From: Tubiluchus corallicola
Taxonomy: Eukaryota > Animalia > Priapulida
DNA length: 64,000 nt
Assembly: GCA_030141605.1 (NCBI GenBank)
Contig: JAQGDQ010000903.1
Location: 1 to 64,000 of the forward strand
Direction of reading: 5' to 3'
Positions 24,701 through 37,141 of the stretch are shown here, piece after piece. Numbering within the stretch: the stretch's first letter is position 1; every line of letters starts with the position of its first letter. A model generated the notes under the pieces. That model searched no databases. It worked only from the letters and a program-made list of their open reading frames with translations, and was not told the origin of the DNA. The translations under genes were made by a program, and so were the position numbers.

Positions 24701-27700
24701 CAAGTACTGTTGTGTTAAGTGTCGAAAGCTCATTACGTGCCTGTGACAACGTTTCAGAAATTATTGTGATTTTGACAACTGAAATTTAAGCTTATCAGCA
24801 AAATCCTCATTATGATTGTCCACTTTTGGACACTCAGAGTACAGCTGCACTGCTATCCTGTTTTTAACTTTTTAATATAATTGTTCTATTGTCGATTTCT
24901 TTGTAGTAATGATGGTGACCATGGTTATGAAATGATGGAGCTTTGTATATCAGGAAAAGCATTTCTGTGGCATCAGATTCGTTGTATTGTCAGCATTCTC
25001 TTTCTAGTTGGCGGAGGCAAAGAGAAGCCAGAGGTGATGGTAGTGGCCAGCTTGGAGAGGGTTAAATTGAATTAAATTAAATTATGTTTGAAGTGGGCAA
25101 ACTGCCAATTATGCATTTAGGATAATATACGAGCTAATAAAGTAAAATAGGATTAGCTGACCTAAGAAATCTTTTTACATCCAGATTTTAGCAGCTGGCA
25201 AAACGGGCAACTTTGACTTCGTGTTGATGAGCAAATTCACTTGCATCGTGCATTACCCGACTATGCGGGTTTCATAAATTGTATTTGGTGTACTGACCCA
25301 TCACTATCCATTGATTGCAAGCTCTATCATTGTGTATTTTTACTTATGATATCATTACATATTCACCTCGAAAAAGTTGTGAAGAATTTAAGGTTAACTG
25401 TATGCAGGAGAAACCAGTTGAACAGTATTTTAAAGGTGGCATACTTAGGAAGTGTAACAATTTTCGACTTTCTGTCATTTATCATTGTTCTGTTTTTTTG
25501 TTTTTGTATGAAATATAAGAAGAGAGAGAGAAGAACTGAGTAAGTGTAATGAATTTTGGACAAGATTAGTTTGCATTTGTAAATTCTTTTTGAGGGTTTT
25601 TGTAAGGAGTACAGTTTTTTCTGTAGGTTTAGTTGTTTTATACAGCAAGAGTTTGTGCCGGTGAATAGATTTAATTGTCATGTTAGTTGTTATTTTGCAT
25701 ATAGGTAATCACAGAGTTGCTAGATGTAGATCGATATCCAAGGAAACCGCAGTACAGCCTGGCAGCCGACTTTCCACTCGTCTTGTTTGATTGTCAGTAT
25801 GAAGGCATTGAATGGCTTTATAATAAAGGTAAGACATATATATTTGTAGCCATGTTTGAGTAGACAAGCTGTGGGGGACAGGGTGCTTACAACTGAGTTT
25901 TATGAATTAGTGATAGTTGCATGTTACAAGTTTTGCAGTTTCTGTGTTTTTATTTTTAGAAGTGAGTTGTAGTGTTTGATTGAAATTGCATGTTGCTTCA
26001 GCAGTTGCAGCAGCTGTCGCTTTTGCAAAATTCGATCATTTTTCGCATTAAATGTTGTAGACCAGGACAGGTGCAATATTACCAGTACAAATGAAGCCAA
26101 GATAATCTTGTATGTTCACTTTTTACTTTAAATCCGAGATTTTTAATCACTGTAAAAAATTTGCACGATTTACTTTGGAATTCTTGAAGGTAGACGAATG
26201 TGGTTCATTTGTCATTACCTGCAGCTTTAGTACTGCTTTAAAATCAGAGAAACTGATCTTTAAATTCAAAATCCTGACTTTAAAGTCAGGATCTTTACAA
26301 ACAGACAGTTAACCCCTTTTTTGAAGAAAACATTAGCCCTAACATGTTTTCAAGCACACTAATATGATTTACAAATTTTCATGATGCATAAAAATGGTAT
26401 TTTTGTATTACTTTGGTAAAAATGTATTTCGGCAGGCAGGAACTTTGACCAGTGAGAGTCGGGACAGTGACTTTGTGCTGCCTGCAAAAAATTGCAGTCA
26501 TTATTATATTTTATTATTAATATGTTATGCAGAAATTGTTATACACATAAAAAACCAGAAAGCCAATCTTGTCATTTTTCTCGTTACAGAAGTTCACAGA
26601 AATAACATCAGGCACTTCCAGCAACTATGGAGTAAATATGCAATACACACAACAATGATAAGATCAGCATTGTTGTGCATGGAGACAATGGGACGTACTG
26701 GTACAGCAAGCAAACTGAATGAAGAAGATGGAGAACAATCAGTAGAAACAGGTGAAAGTGATAAGGTAACAGCAGCTCCTACATCACAGTGGGATAACGT
26801 AACGTATCAGTGTGAGGCTCTGATGCTGGGAAATAGAACGAAGACCCACAAACCGCTCCTTCAGAGAGAAACTTGTGGTATGTGAAAACTGTCAATTTGA
26901 TATACATTCTAAGCAGATGCAGCTGATAAGAAGTACATCATCATCATTGTCATCATCATCATCATTATAATAAGCCCACTATGTCGATTACAAACATTGG
27001 ATAGGCATAATTCAAAAACAAAAGAAATCTGCCTTCAAGACAGCAGAAAATCTCTGTGCACATCTACAGTTGGCATATGCATAGCATTGCCAGTTTATGT
27101 TGTGCTATTCACAGTTTGTCTCAGTTAAACAACTTTCTAATATTTGAGATGCATGATTCGCCACGATATTATAGTATTTTCATGACTAGCATGACGTTGC
27201 CAATGTCAGTGAGGCAATTAAGAGCTGCTACACTTGTGTAATTCTAGTCTTCTAAACAGAAAAGCCATTCAGTCCTCGCTTTGTACAATCGTCATCCTTC
27301 TTTGTGTATTTAGTAGCTATATCTGTACCTAGGGATGTTGAAAGATACACATTTGATGATGCGGTAACGATACTTTTTTCCACAGACACAATAACAATAA
27401 TCTGTTTTTCACATGATATGATAAATTATTTCAAATGATAAAAACAATTCAGAACAGTGTGGTTAGTTACTGTGCAAAGTGTCTCAATGTATTGTAACAC
27501 CCTATTTTTTGCTGGCTGGATTCAAATTAATGTATAGTTACGTCATGTAATTTACGAAAAGTTCCCTTTTTTGTTTAGTCATAAAATAATATGTGAGCTG
27601 CTACAAGCAAATATATTACTAGATCTATTATAATATTTATTTATGTGAGCTGCACAGCCTGTCTATATCTGTTTTTAACTATAAAAAGGTGAGTAATGAA

Positions 27701-27940
27701 CCAGTTCTGAACCAAAGTTTGTTTTCGTCCTGCATTATTCATTATTTTATTTCTTGAGCTCAATCACAGTATGTTGGAAAACTTAAATTTAAGTTGATTG
27801 CCTTTGTTTCAGCGAGTTTGTCTGACAAGATTGACCACTTTGTAAAACGAAGACGAATTGAAGATCCAGCAAAGAAAAAAGATGGTCCTGGTGATGAAGT
27901 TAGTGGGAGCGATGCGAATGTACATAAACAGTTATTGTGA
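18712..27940 (+). CDS. PUS3: tRNA pseudouridine(38/39) synthase, 10 exons, ~479 aa
   Basis: Exons 18712-18774, 19726-19856, 20255-20456, 22309-22384, 23286-23391, 24413-24607, 24907-25033, 25705-25828, 26590-26877 and 27813-27940 join in frame (1440 nt, all GT-AG). Motifs YLGWDYQG, CGRTDKGVSA (catalytic Asp), FSARF, HDFRNLCKMD, AFLWHQIRC, PRKPQY. Confidence 0.95.
20717..21172. mobile_element. Non-autonomous DNA transposon with TTAA TSD (Kolobok/piggyBac-like), ~100-bp imperfect TIRs
   Basis: TTAA|aggacaagaaaatggcc..aagtctcagaaaattt..atcttaagc..tactcacgtt versus aacgtgagta..gcttaagat..aaattttctgagactt..ggcctttccttgttct|TTAA. Confidence 0.8.
23449..23919. mobile_element. Pogo/Tigger-like MITE with TA TSD
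   Basis: TA|cagtcatacttctgttttc ... gaaaacggaggtatgactg|TA. Confidence 0.85.
27330..27504. mobile_element. Short hAT-like MITE remnant
   Basis: Termini tagggatgtt ... aacacccta; no clear TSD. Confidence 0.4.
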
Positions 27941-30228
27941 TTCATGATTCACATTTGAAGATTGAATTTTAAATTAAATTTATTTTAAAGTCAACTTTCA
28001 CTGGTATCAGATGAACGTTCTCAATATAAAAATGTTAATGATTATGGATGTCAATATTATTCTCATTAAAATTGTATATACTGCATTATCTTGATTAAAA
28101 TAAGGCATTTAAGCATAAAAGTCGATTAGCAGTTGTGCCAAATTGTTCATTCGTTATACATTGCACAAAAGGGAATTGCACAAAGATAATACACTTGATA
28201 AAAATAACTTTATACTTGAACATTTAACTTTCTATATGATAAATCACAAATCACGAATTAATTGTTTCCTTTTGCAGCATAAGCATTTATATAAATTTAT
28301 TGATAACATGGAATAAAGTTCAAAAAATAATCAGAGCATTCACCACACACACTTCACTAAACTAAGCAACAGTTTGAATTACTTTATACTGTCAGTAAGA
28401 TCAATAACGTTTTTCTTGGTAAGTCATGGGTGCACACCGAGAAGGTGAGTCAGTGATGTTTTACCAGGTGGCTGATGATATATTTTAAATTATCCAGAAT
28501 TTTCTTTTCCAATTATGTAACAGGTAAGCGTAATGCTTAGTGACATAACTTTGTATGGAAAGTTCTTTGGTATATACTTTAAAATTACCTTTAAGACCCC
28601 TTTAAAAATCAAGCACACACAAGTAACAAATACCATTCAATAGTTTATTGAACATTTATTAATACATAGAGTTCATATATATCATCTATAAAGAGATAAA
28701 TATTAACCGAAATTTCCTTTATTATACAAAAATACCACTATAAATGTGATCGACTTACGACATTCGTAAGACACCCTAATAACACTTCAGTGCTACTGCA
28801 GTCCAGATCCTTGATCATATTGTTTCTATACTCATGACAGCTATTTAACTATCTACTATTTATTACTATAATCTATAATGAAACAATGATAAAATGGGCT
28901 ATAATAAATAACAAATCTCATATCTTAATGACAAGCAGCAGATACTGGGCTTGCCGATTCCAAATGAAGAAACTAAATGCTAAATGAAGATTTTGCAATC
29001 ACGGATTAATATATGTATGCCAGCAGTTACTTAACTCCAGTTACCCAACACGTGATATAAAAAATTTAACGATAGCTAACTCAATTGTCAGGTGGTTAAG
29101 TTAATAAGCAATTTTAGGGCAAATCCTGTATGCCGTGTATCGAGTTTGGTATGAAATTATAAAATTTTCTGAGAGTATACAAAAATGTGGGTAGCCGAAT
29201 TAATGAAAGGAAATATAACTGCTTGTATGCCCTTAAACTTTTACCCAGGAAGATAAAAAAGTAATAGCGCAGTCAGATTTGTTTTACTATTCTGTCAAAA
29301 ATATCGATGCATTTATTATGTTGTCTATCCAATGTGTATGGGCCATTGCGGCCTGTACTCGGTAGCATACCATAAACAGTTTTCCTGTAAGAATTACTGC
29401 CATGCATGATACTATCAAGAAACAGTTCTCAAACAGAAATAGCAGGGCAATCAGATAAACAGAAGGAGCCATGAATTTCGACATACTCAATGAACCGATT
29501 GTGACGATGATCTGTGGTTATTTCTCACTGGACCTTCAAAGACCTACGACTTTGACCTTGAAATGACACCCTTTCTGTTACAAGCTCATCAAAAATAATA
29601 AACTTCCACCACAGTGCAAAAGTTAAGCCTACTGTGGCATAAGCCAAATCCTATAGATCCAGCTGTGTTACAAGCTGTAAGTCCAAAGTTACTGGTCAAA
29701 GCGCAACAGTGAAAGTCCAGTCTGAGTATGCACATATAAAAGCATAATGCGAAATATTTAAACACATGTCTGGACTGACAAACACTGAATGTATTCCAGT
29801 GATAAGAGACAGAAAACACATATTTGTTTACAGAATCAACAGTCACCCCGTCATACAAAGGTCAGGTGATTTAAGAGTGACTTTGTACGCTTGCATCAGC
29901 AATAATCAATGGGTGATTCAAATGCAGTTCATGTGAAAATAACGCCTAAAAACAACTGATGTTTACGTCACAGCTACCTGTAGAAAAGTAACAGCTAGAA
30001 TTCACATTTAGTTTATCCTACTGTGATTTAATCTTTTTAAACCTGAACTCACCTGAAGCAAGAACATCACAATTATTATTTAATCCAAGGTTACGCACCT
30101 CACAAAGGTGAGGACACGTGTTGTCATGTAACAACTATATTTTGAATTTACATGTATTTAGATCACATTTTCACCTAGGGATGCTGTAATAGCTTTATCA
30201 CAGGAATACGAAACGTGTTGTTTTTTAA

Positions 30229-33200
30229 TCAGCTCACGTGTGTTTCATACAGTCTCTTGTACATGATGTCTCGGTGCTGGGGCTGCAGGTATGGATGAAG
30301 TGTCCTTTCCATGCAATCAATCCGTCTTTGAAAACGACATCTAAACAGAAATATGACACGTGTTTTAGCAGCGCAAATTGAAGGATTACTTGTTGGCCAA
30401 GCCAATTCATATTAACCATAATAATGTTGGTGCAAATATGCCACAGTGAAGAAAATTTTTTATGGTTTTACTGTCGAAACCAAAAATACATACAGACTGT
30501 TTTACGTATAAGCTCTTGAGTTAAAGTAAGTTTAAAAGTACAACCTTCTTTGATTGGCTAAAAATACTACATATAGCTAACTTGACTACAGGCAAACAAG
30601 TGTACGTTGTGAAATTAAACAACTGATTTCTTAACTCTTATTTCTTCACTTGACAGTAAATTAAAGCCAGTGTTACGGGCATACCTGTCACGAGCAAACT
30701 CTTCCCATGGACCTTTGCGAGCAGCTTGGTAGGCATATGCCCACACGATCATATGATGTACATGTTCCAGTTCTTCAGCAAAATGTACCTAGAAATTTTT
30801 TGCATAACATTATGCATTTAGAAACAATAAAGAACAACCAAACAACACAGGAGACCAAGTGCAATTTTTAACTACAGCCTTATGTCCCACTAAAATCAAC
30901 TGTACATATGTAGAAGTTCCACTCTGATTGATGCAACTTATGAAACTTAACTGAAGCAGTATCAAATTCTGGGTTGATCTTTTCTGTCTGTGAAGCCAAA
31001 ATATTTAATGACAACATCCAATGCATGTTATGTAAATATGGTTAGCACTGTAATCTTTACCCAACGAACAAGAAAATGGATCACAGCATGCAATTCAGTC
31101 ATGAAAAGAATATTCATTAGTCAGTTTGCTGGTTGGTCATTACGTTAGTAAGTAATTTAAGTCGCCCAATCGGTCTCAGTTTGATAGTTAAGCCAACCAG
31201 AAGGTCAGTTGTCAGCTAGCCTGCAAATGATGGAGAATCAATCAAACAATCAAAAAAAGGGAAAATGGCAGAAGGAATCGACTAGCCAGTTGTGATATTT
31301 AATAAACGTGTTTAAGAGCAAATGGCAATGGTATATCAGTACTTTTTCCTTTACATTCACAATGTAGTTTTCAAATTACTTAAGAGCAAAAAACTATTTA
31401 CCCGTTTTTCCCATTGTGATGTTGCCGGTTGACACTCATCATCAATGACTTCTCCTGCAGACGACCGTGCCAAATTACGTGCGCTAGCTGATCTGTGAAG
31501 GTGACCGTTAGAGGGCTCTGCTGCATCATACATGTTCGTCAAGTCAGGTGAAGAATGATACATCAAGTTTTCATCATCAGACCACCCATCATCATCATCA
31601 ACATTTTCATCAACATCACTGTCTGTGTCAGAATCTCTGCCGAGTATAAAATCGAGGTGTGGATTGCTATAATGTTGTCTATTCAATTCACTGTCTCTTT
31701 CTGAAAAAACAACAAACATTAACTATTTTCTACTTGATATGAAGTTAATAAAAAGGAACAACTCGCTATGTTTAACTTTGAACAGACTGGCGATCTGCAA
31801 ATACTTCTTCATTAATTTGCTAGTGTGACAGATGTACTACTGCACATTCTAATTTGAAAAACTTGAATCCAGCTGAATATTCACTGTTATTTACTACACA
31901 GCATTACGTTTACATAGCAAATTTCAATAGAATTTTGTACTTATTAGTTGGCTTCAAAAATGAAGGCTTACCAAATCTGTATGATCCATAAAAACATATT
32001 TATTTAATATTGTACATATTAATCCAGCTAAAAATCATTAACGTTTCCATTACCTTCATTGACAAATATCACAGGGTCATCATCATCATCATCATCATCA
32101 CCACTATGGTCCTCTGTCCAATTTTCATTGACTTGCTGATCACATGACCCTAGACTAGACACTATCGGAAAAGTAAAAATGACAGGAACATGTTCTACAG
32201 AAAATCGTTCAACACACTGCACACCTGATTCTGGTTTAGAAAGGTGGCACTGAACGGCAACATCAAAGGTCTTACTAACTGTCGATTCCAAAAGTTTAGT
32301 AGACGCAGATGGGGATCGTAGGTTAAGCAGTTCGTTCTTCCACAGTTTCTTAGCCGACTGTTTTCGCCGTCGTTTTGGCTGTGAGGCCACATGGACAAAA
32401 GGTGCAACCTTGTTAACTTCACTAATGTTTGTCTGTGTTCCCTGTGACATCATACTATTGTACCTGTGCTTGGGCTTCCATGATACTTTATCCACAATGC
32501 GCAATGAATGATTCTCATTATCAAAGTCAAAATGACATTTAGGGCGAGTTATAACTTTCATTGAATTTCCTGACGTCTTACGCTTATTCGAACTGTCATT
32601 AGCATAAGTCCTTGCTTTATTTCCATCACAACTGTTAATTGATTTAGTTTGCGCTTTGCTGTACATTGTCACTTTAGGAAATGGCATAAACTTTCTACCG
32701 ATGCCCTCACTGTTAAGTTGATGTGTTTGCTGCCAAGGTTTCCTAGTGTCACCTTTTTTAACAATTGTTTTTCTTCGAATGGGTGTTGGAATAGTAGACA
32801 TGTTGCTGCGCTTTGTCTTGCTAAGCCCGTCTAGTTTATCGATATCCAACTTGGACTGCGACAATTTGCTATAGAAACCGTTCGCAAGGTGCGAGTTCTG
32901 CTCTTGTTTCTCACTACTAGTATTAATTGATTTTACATTACACACAACTTTTGCATAGCTTGGTTTCGCATCACAGTCTTCAATTAGCAGTTTGCTTTCA
33001 ATTTTCACATGATTCACATTATCCACTTTTGGCATTTCCTGAGCACACTTTGATGCAGCAGTATTTGCCTCTCTAGTTTTTACAATGTCTGCATATGACA
33101 TGGTATTATTGTCAACTGATTCCCTTTGCTCTTGTGCACAGTCTGATGCAGCACTACTTTTCTCTGCATTGGACTGAAATGCATGTTCTGTAACATCTTT

Positions 33201-33866
33201 GTGTTGTTGAGAACCCGTGTTAAGTTTAAATGCAGGAAGACATTTGTCAGCTTTATGCACGATATACTTCTTGCCCATTAGGGTTTCTGATGGTGTAAAT
33301 ACAGGCTCTCCAAATTTTTTGCCAGAGTTAGTTCTACCTCGAGAAAAATAACGATCGTCTGAGCACACTTTTGGAAGATCAGGCGCACGAGCTGACTGCG
33401 CATGTTCAAGTTGCCTGGATTGAGACATGTATTGTTGCTGACGCTTTTGACACCACGTATTGAAATCACAGGAAGGTTTCGGCGGGGAAAACGAGGACGG
33501 AATTCGCAAACCTGGCATGGCATGCGCATTACTCGATTTTGCATAAAGACTCTGCTTGTGACTGTAGATTAAATCATGCGGTTCCTTCACTATAGCTGAT
33601 GCAAGTCTACATACCACGTGGTCCCAAACAAGTCTGTCGCTGGTATCGCGTGGAGCACTCATTTCTTTTTTATCTCCAAATGATTTAAAGAATCTGGGTT
33701 TATTTTTGGTTGCCTCATCATCAACAGGAGATTTGCTGCAATTGCTTGACTGATCTGTTTCAATGCCGTTACTGTCAAGACGCACAAAGATAGGCGAGTG
33801 ATCATGACAACTAATTGGATGCAGTGGTGACATAATTTTGCAGAATCTGTATTGTTTTCTCTCCAT
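30229..33866 (-). CDS. PPP1R15: Protein phosphatase 1 regulatory subunit 15 (GADD34/CReP-like eIF2-alpha phosphatase subunit), ~775 aa from ATG 33866
   Basis: Exons 33866-32054, 31700-31402, 30788-30685 and 30340-30229 join in frame. The C-terminus KRVHF (RVxF PP1 motif)..[37 protein letters not shown] is the PPP1R15/ICP34.5 conserved domain, preceded by acidic tracts. Confidence 0.92.
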
Positions 33867-34844
33867 TTTTACACAGCAGTGTGTACATTGGATATATACA
33901 TGTAAATTTTGCTTCTGAACTTCGACATATATAATTTTAATTCGTGATTTTTCTGTCCCACTAAAAAGAAAAAAACAAATTTGTTTTTGAGCAAATCATA
34001 ATTTAACACAAAATCAATAGAAAAACTTTGTAAATACTAAATTAGTTCAAACAAGAAATTCTACAAAATCACCATTTATAACACTTTCATTGGTAAGATT
34101 GCAATTTACATTTTAACCTACCTATATAACCCTAACAGGCATTGAAGTTTTTTTTAATGCAGTATTATGATTACAAAAGAATTCACAAAACAAACTCATT
34201 ACAGGAACATGTACTGTAGTTAGTGCTGTAAATGGGACGTGCTTCAAACATAACCTTGACAAACACCGCTGCACAAGAAATCTCCTATTTTAACGCCAAT
34301 CTAATTATTATTATTAGAATTATAATGAATAGGATAATGGTTTTCATCGCAGAACTGCAAACTAAATATTACAACAAGGCAGTTCATTCAGTATGGGATT
34401 TTAAGTGCTAATAATATTTTTATAACAATAATTTATCGGTTATTAAATTAGTTACTAGATCAACTGTTAGTCATTATCGGTCCTATAATTTGCCCGCAGC
34501 GTGCAAACGGGGATGACAGTGACCATAAGGTAGAACAGGTATTAGGTCAGCTAGCCGCTAGCGTACCGTTGCGAACTTGTTACCGTGAAAAAACATAAAT
34601 TTTATTAAGTAAGTCTAGTAACTCATGTCTAACATAAATCTATGTATTGTACTGTTCATACCTTTCTGCTGACCTACACTTTAGCTAATAACAACGATCC
34701 ATACGTTTCATCTTTAAATCACACAAATCACGCAAAAACCATTTACACAACTAAACTTTACACAATATGGCCACGATATCACATTCACATTTCCATTTTC
34801 ATTACTCATTGTAAGGGCAGATGTCGCCACATATCAGTGTCCAG

Positions 34845-34965
34845 ATTGCATCAGCTTCAGCATCAGCTGACTGACTCATAGCAGCACTTTGCTGACATCA
34901 TTTATAGATTACCATAATACTGCTACGTGCGAACTTGTATTACATAGGATACTTGTATTATGTAA
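34845..34965. promoter_or_regulatory. Cluster of bZIP sites 5' of the PPP1R15 main coding exon: C/EBP-ATF (CARE) ATTGCATCA, AP-1 TGACTCA, CRE-like TGACATCA, PAR-type TTATGTAA
   Basis: ATTGCATCA 34845-34853, TGACTCA 34872-34878, TGACATCA 34893-34900, TTATGTAA 34958-34965; function is inferred from the gene identity. Confidence 0.5.
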
Positions 34966-35438
34966 CTCGTTGAGCTGATTACTACAACGTGAGCTGTGTT
35001 AGTGTTTGTTAGGATAGTTACCGTGTTTGCATACTTCGAAAGCCGATTCCTTTCTCGTAAAAGAATATGTTGCCTGCCCATTGTAATCGGCATTAAGTTT
35101 TGACGACAAGGAAAAAAATATCATTAACACGTGCAATGAATTCACCCTGTAATTAATTCCTAGAAATCATTGACAGTTACTTCTTGCTATACATATACAA
35201 TAGTGAAATATTGGCATTCTGTTTTAATAAGTTTATAAATTATGTGCAAACTGGCCTAATAGTAACAACTATAATATTTGTTCCTGATTTTATAGTATTC
35301 ACATCGTATTAACTGAAACATATCATGCTCTCAATTTTTTGTTGCAACTACTGTACTTAGTTTACACATTATAGGCTTCGCTCTGTTTGCGATTGCGATT
35401 GCGATACTCGACTCTCTCCACTTGTCAGAGGCGGGCAC

Positions 35439-35445
35439 CTTTATA
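35439..35445 (-). promoter_or_regulatory. Candidate TATA box of PPP1R15
   Basis: ccTATAAAGgtgcccgcc on the minus strand in a locally GC-richer context, ~420 nt upstream of a candidate exon-1 donor (35021). Confidence 0.4.
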
Positions 35446-36539
35446 GGGTGCAAAGTCTGTTGATATGCAATAATCTACTGTAATTGGTATTGACAGAAAT
35501 TGTGATCCGAATTTTTTATTCAGCATTTATTTGTAGCTTGCGTCCCTCCCACCTGTAAGTACTTCAAAAACATGTCCACATTTCAAACTACTGACAAAGT
35601 CGTTTATTATTTCTTGCACTATAATTTACACCGAAAAGTAATCTCCATCAACCAAATACTTGGTTACTTTCATGCATATAAAGGCAAGGAGACTAGGTCT
35701 TAAAAACCTAATAAATGCATTAAAAAAGTTATAAAAAGAAATTAGAAATTTAAACAAAAAGTGTACAACATTATGCAAAATTTTAGTAATGCGGTGTGAG
35801 CACTTAGATTCAATATCTGCCTAGTCTGTGCTTCGTAATTTCAACAGAAGGAGAGAAGTAAATGCTGGCTGAAATTTCATGAATTCACCTAAGAGAACTA
35901 GGACGTCTAGGTGCACAGTAAATCACGATATTCGAATAACTTATATGGGTGATAGAAACGAACAAGTAGAGGACCTAAAGTATCTATCTGTCTTTAGCTT
36001 AAGCATGAAGCTTAAATATTATACTTAGCTTAAGTATTGACTGTTCTGTTCTGTTTAACTAAGTATATTTCGTACCTTATTTTAACTCTAATTTTACAGG
36101 CTGCTGTCATTCATGCACCTGACCAGTTTTTTTGGTTCGCTTATGACATACTGGAAAATTTTGTCTTCTCATTCACTAGTTGCTGATAACTCATTGCATT
36201 TTTAATAAAGATATTTTATTGTGAGATCATACATCTGTATAATATTTTTATCTGAAAATATGTTATTACATAATCAATGTTCATAATTTTTTACAGCTGA
36301 CAGTTTCAAAAAAATAGCAACTTTAATTATTGACATTTAGACAACTTAATAATATTAAGCGTGTTTTTAGTTTTCCTAAAACTTAAACAAAAATTTTCCT
36401 ATAACTTCAACAAACTTCTCTGATTGTTATTAATTAATAATAATTAAAAATAATATAGTTGTTAATTATTCAAAATATTTGATTCTGACTACTGACATCA
36501 CTGTGAGAATCTGAGCAGAATCCTAATATTCCTAGTAGC

Positions 36540-36909
36540 TAGGAATGAGCGTCGAACGCTCGAATTCGATTCGAAAGAGTTTTTTAGTTCTAATAATTCA
36601 GAACTTCGGCCACATATACATTCTTTATCATTAAAATATTTGAATCAGCATGCAACTAGCACTATTTAGCTGCAGCTTCTGTGCAAATTTTTTAACAAAC
36701 TAAAAATGGTTTCACTGCACAACGAAATAAAAAAAAAATTATGCTTGATCTTTGTAAGACCAGTTTTTACCAGTGGTTAAGAAACTTGTTCGAAAATCTT
36801 ACAAACTCAATGGGGATTTGAAACACTGGAATTCTGTTCGATTCGAAATCGAAAGTCGCAAATTTGATTCGATTCGAATTCGCTTTCTGAGAGAGAATGC
36901 TCACCCCTA
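36540..36909. mobile_element. hAT-type MITE
   Basis: Termini taggaatgagc ... gctcaccccta; subterminal ttcgaa/ttcgat repeats; imperfect 8-bp TSD ctagtagc / gtggtagc. Confidence 0.7.
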
Positions 36910-37033
36910 GTGGTAGCTGAGTAGCTGTAACACCGTGAGTTGTTTGACTTGTTTCCGGAGATTGAACCCGTCGTCAAAAAATCACACGGTGCGCTTGTGC
37001 GTCAAGTGGTCATTTACAGTTGAACAGGATTCC

Positions 37034-37041
37034 GCGGCAAA
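37034..37041 (-). promoter_or_regulatory. E2F consensus site (TTTGCCGC) ~100 bp upstream of PRIM2
   Basis: gcggcaaa is TTTSSCGC on the minus strand, the expected element for an S-phase replication gene. Confidence 0.45.
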
Positions 37042-37141
37042 TTTGGCTAACTGAACTTGGAATAATTTGCGCTTTGCTTTATACACATGTACTGAACTTA
37101 CACAATTTTATTGTATTATCTGATCTTGAATTTTTTCTACC

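Noticed and set aside
28450-28482. C/D-box snoRNA (gtgatg..ctga)
   Set aside because: Too short between the boxes, no terminal stem, and not intronic.
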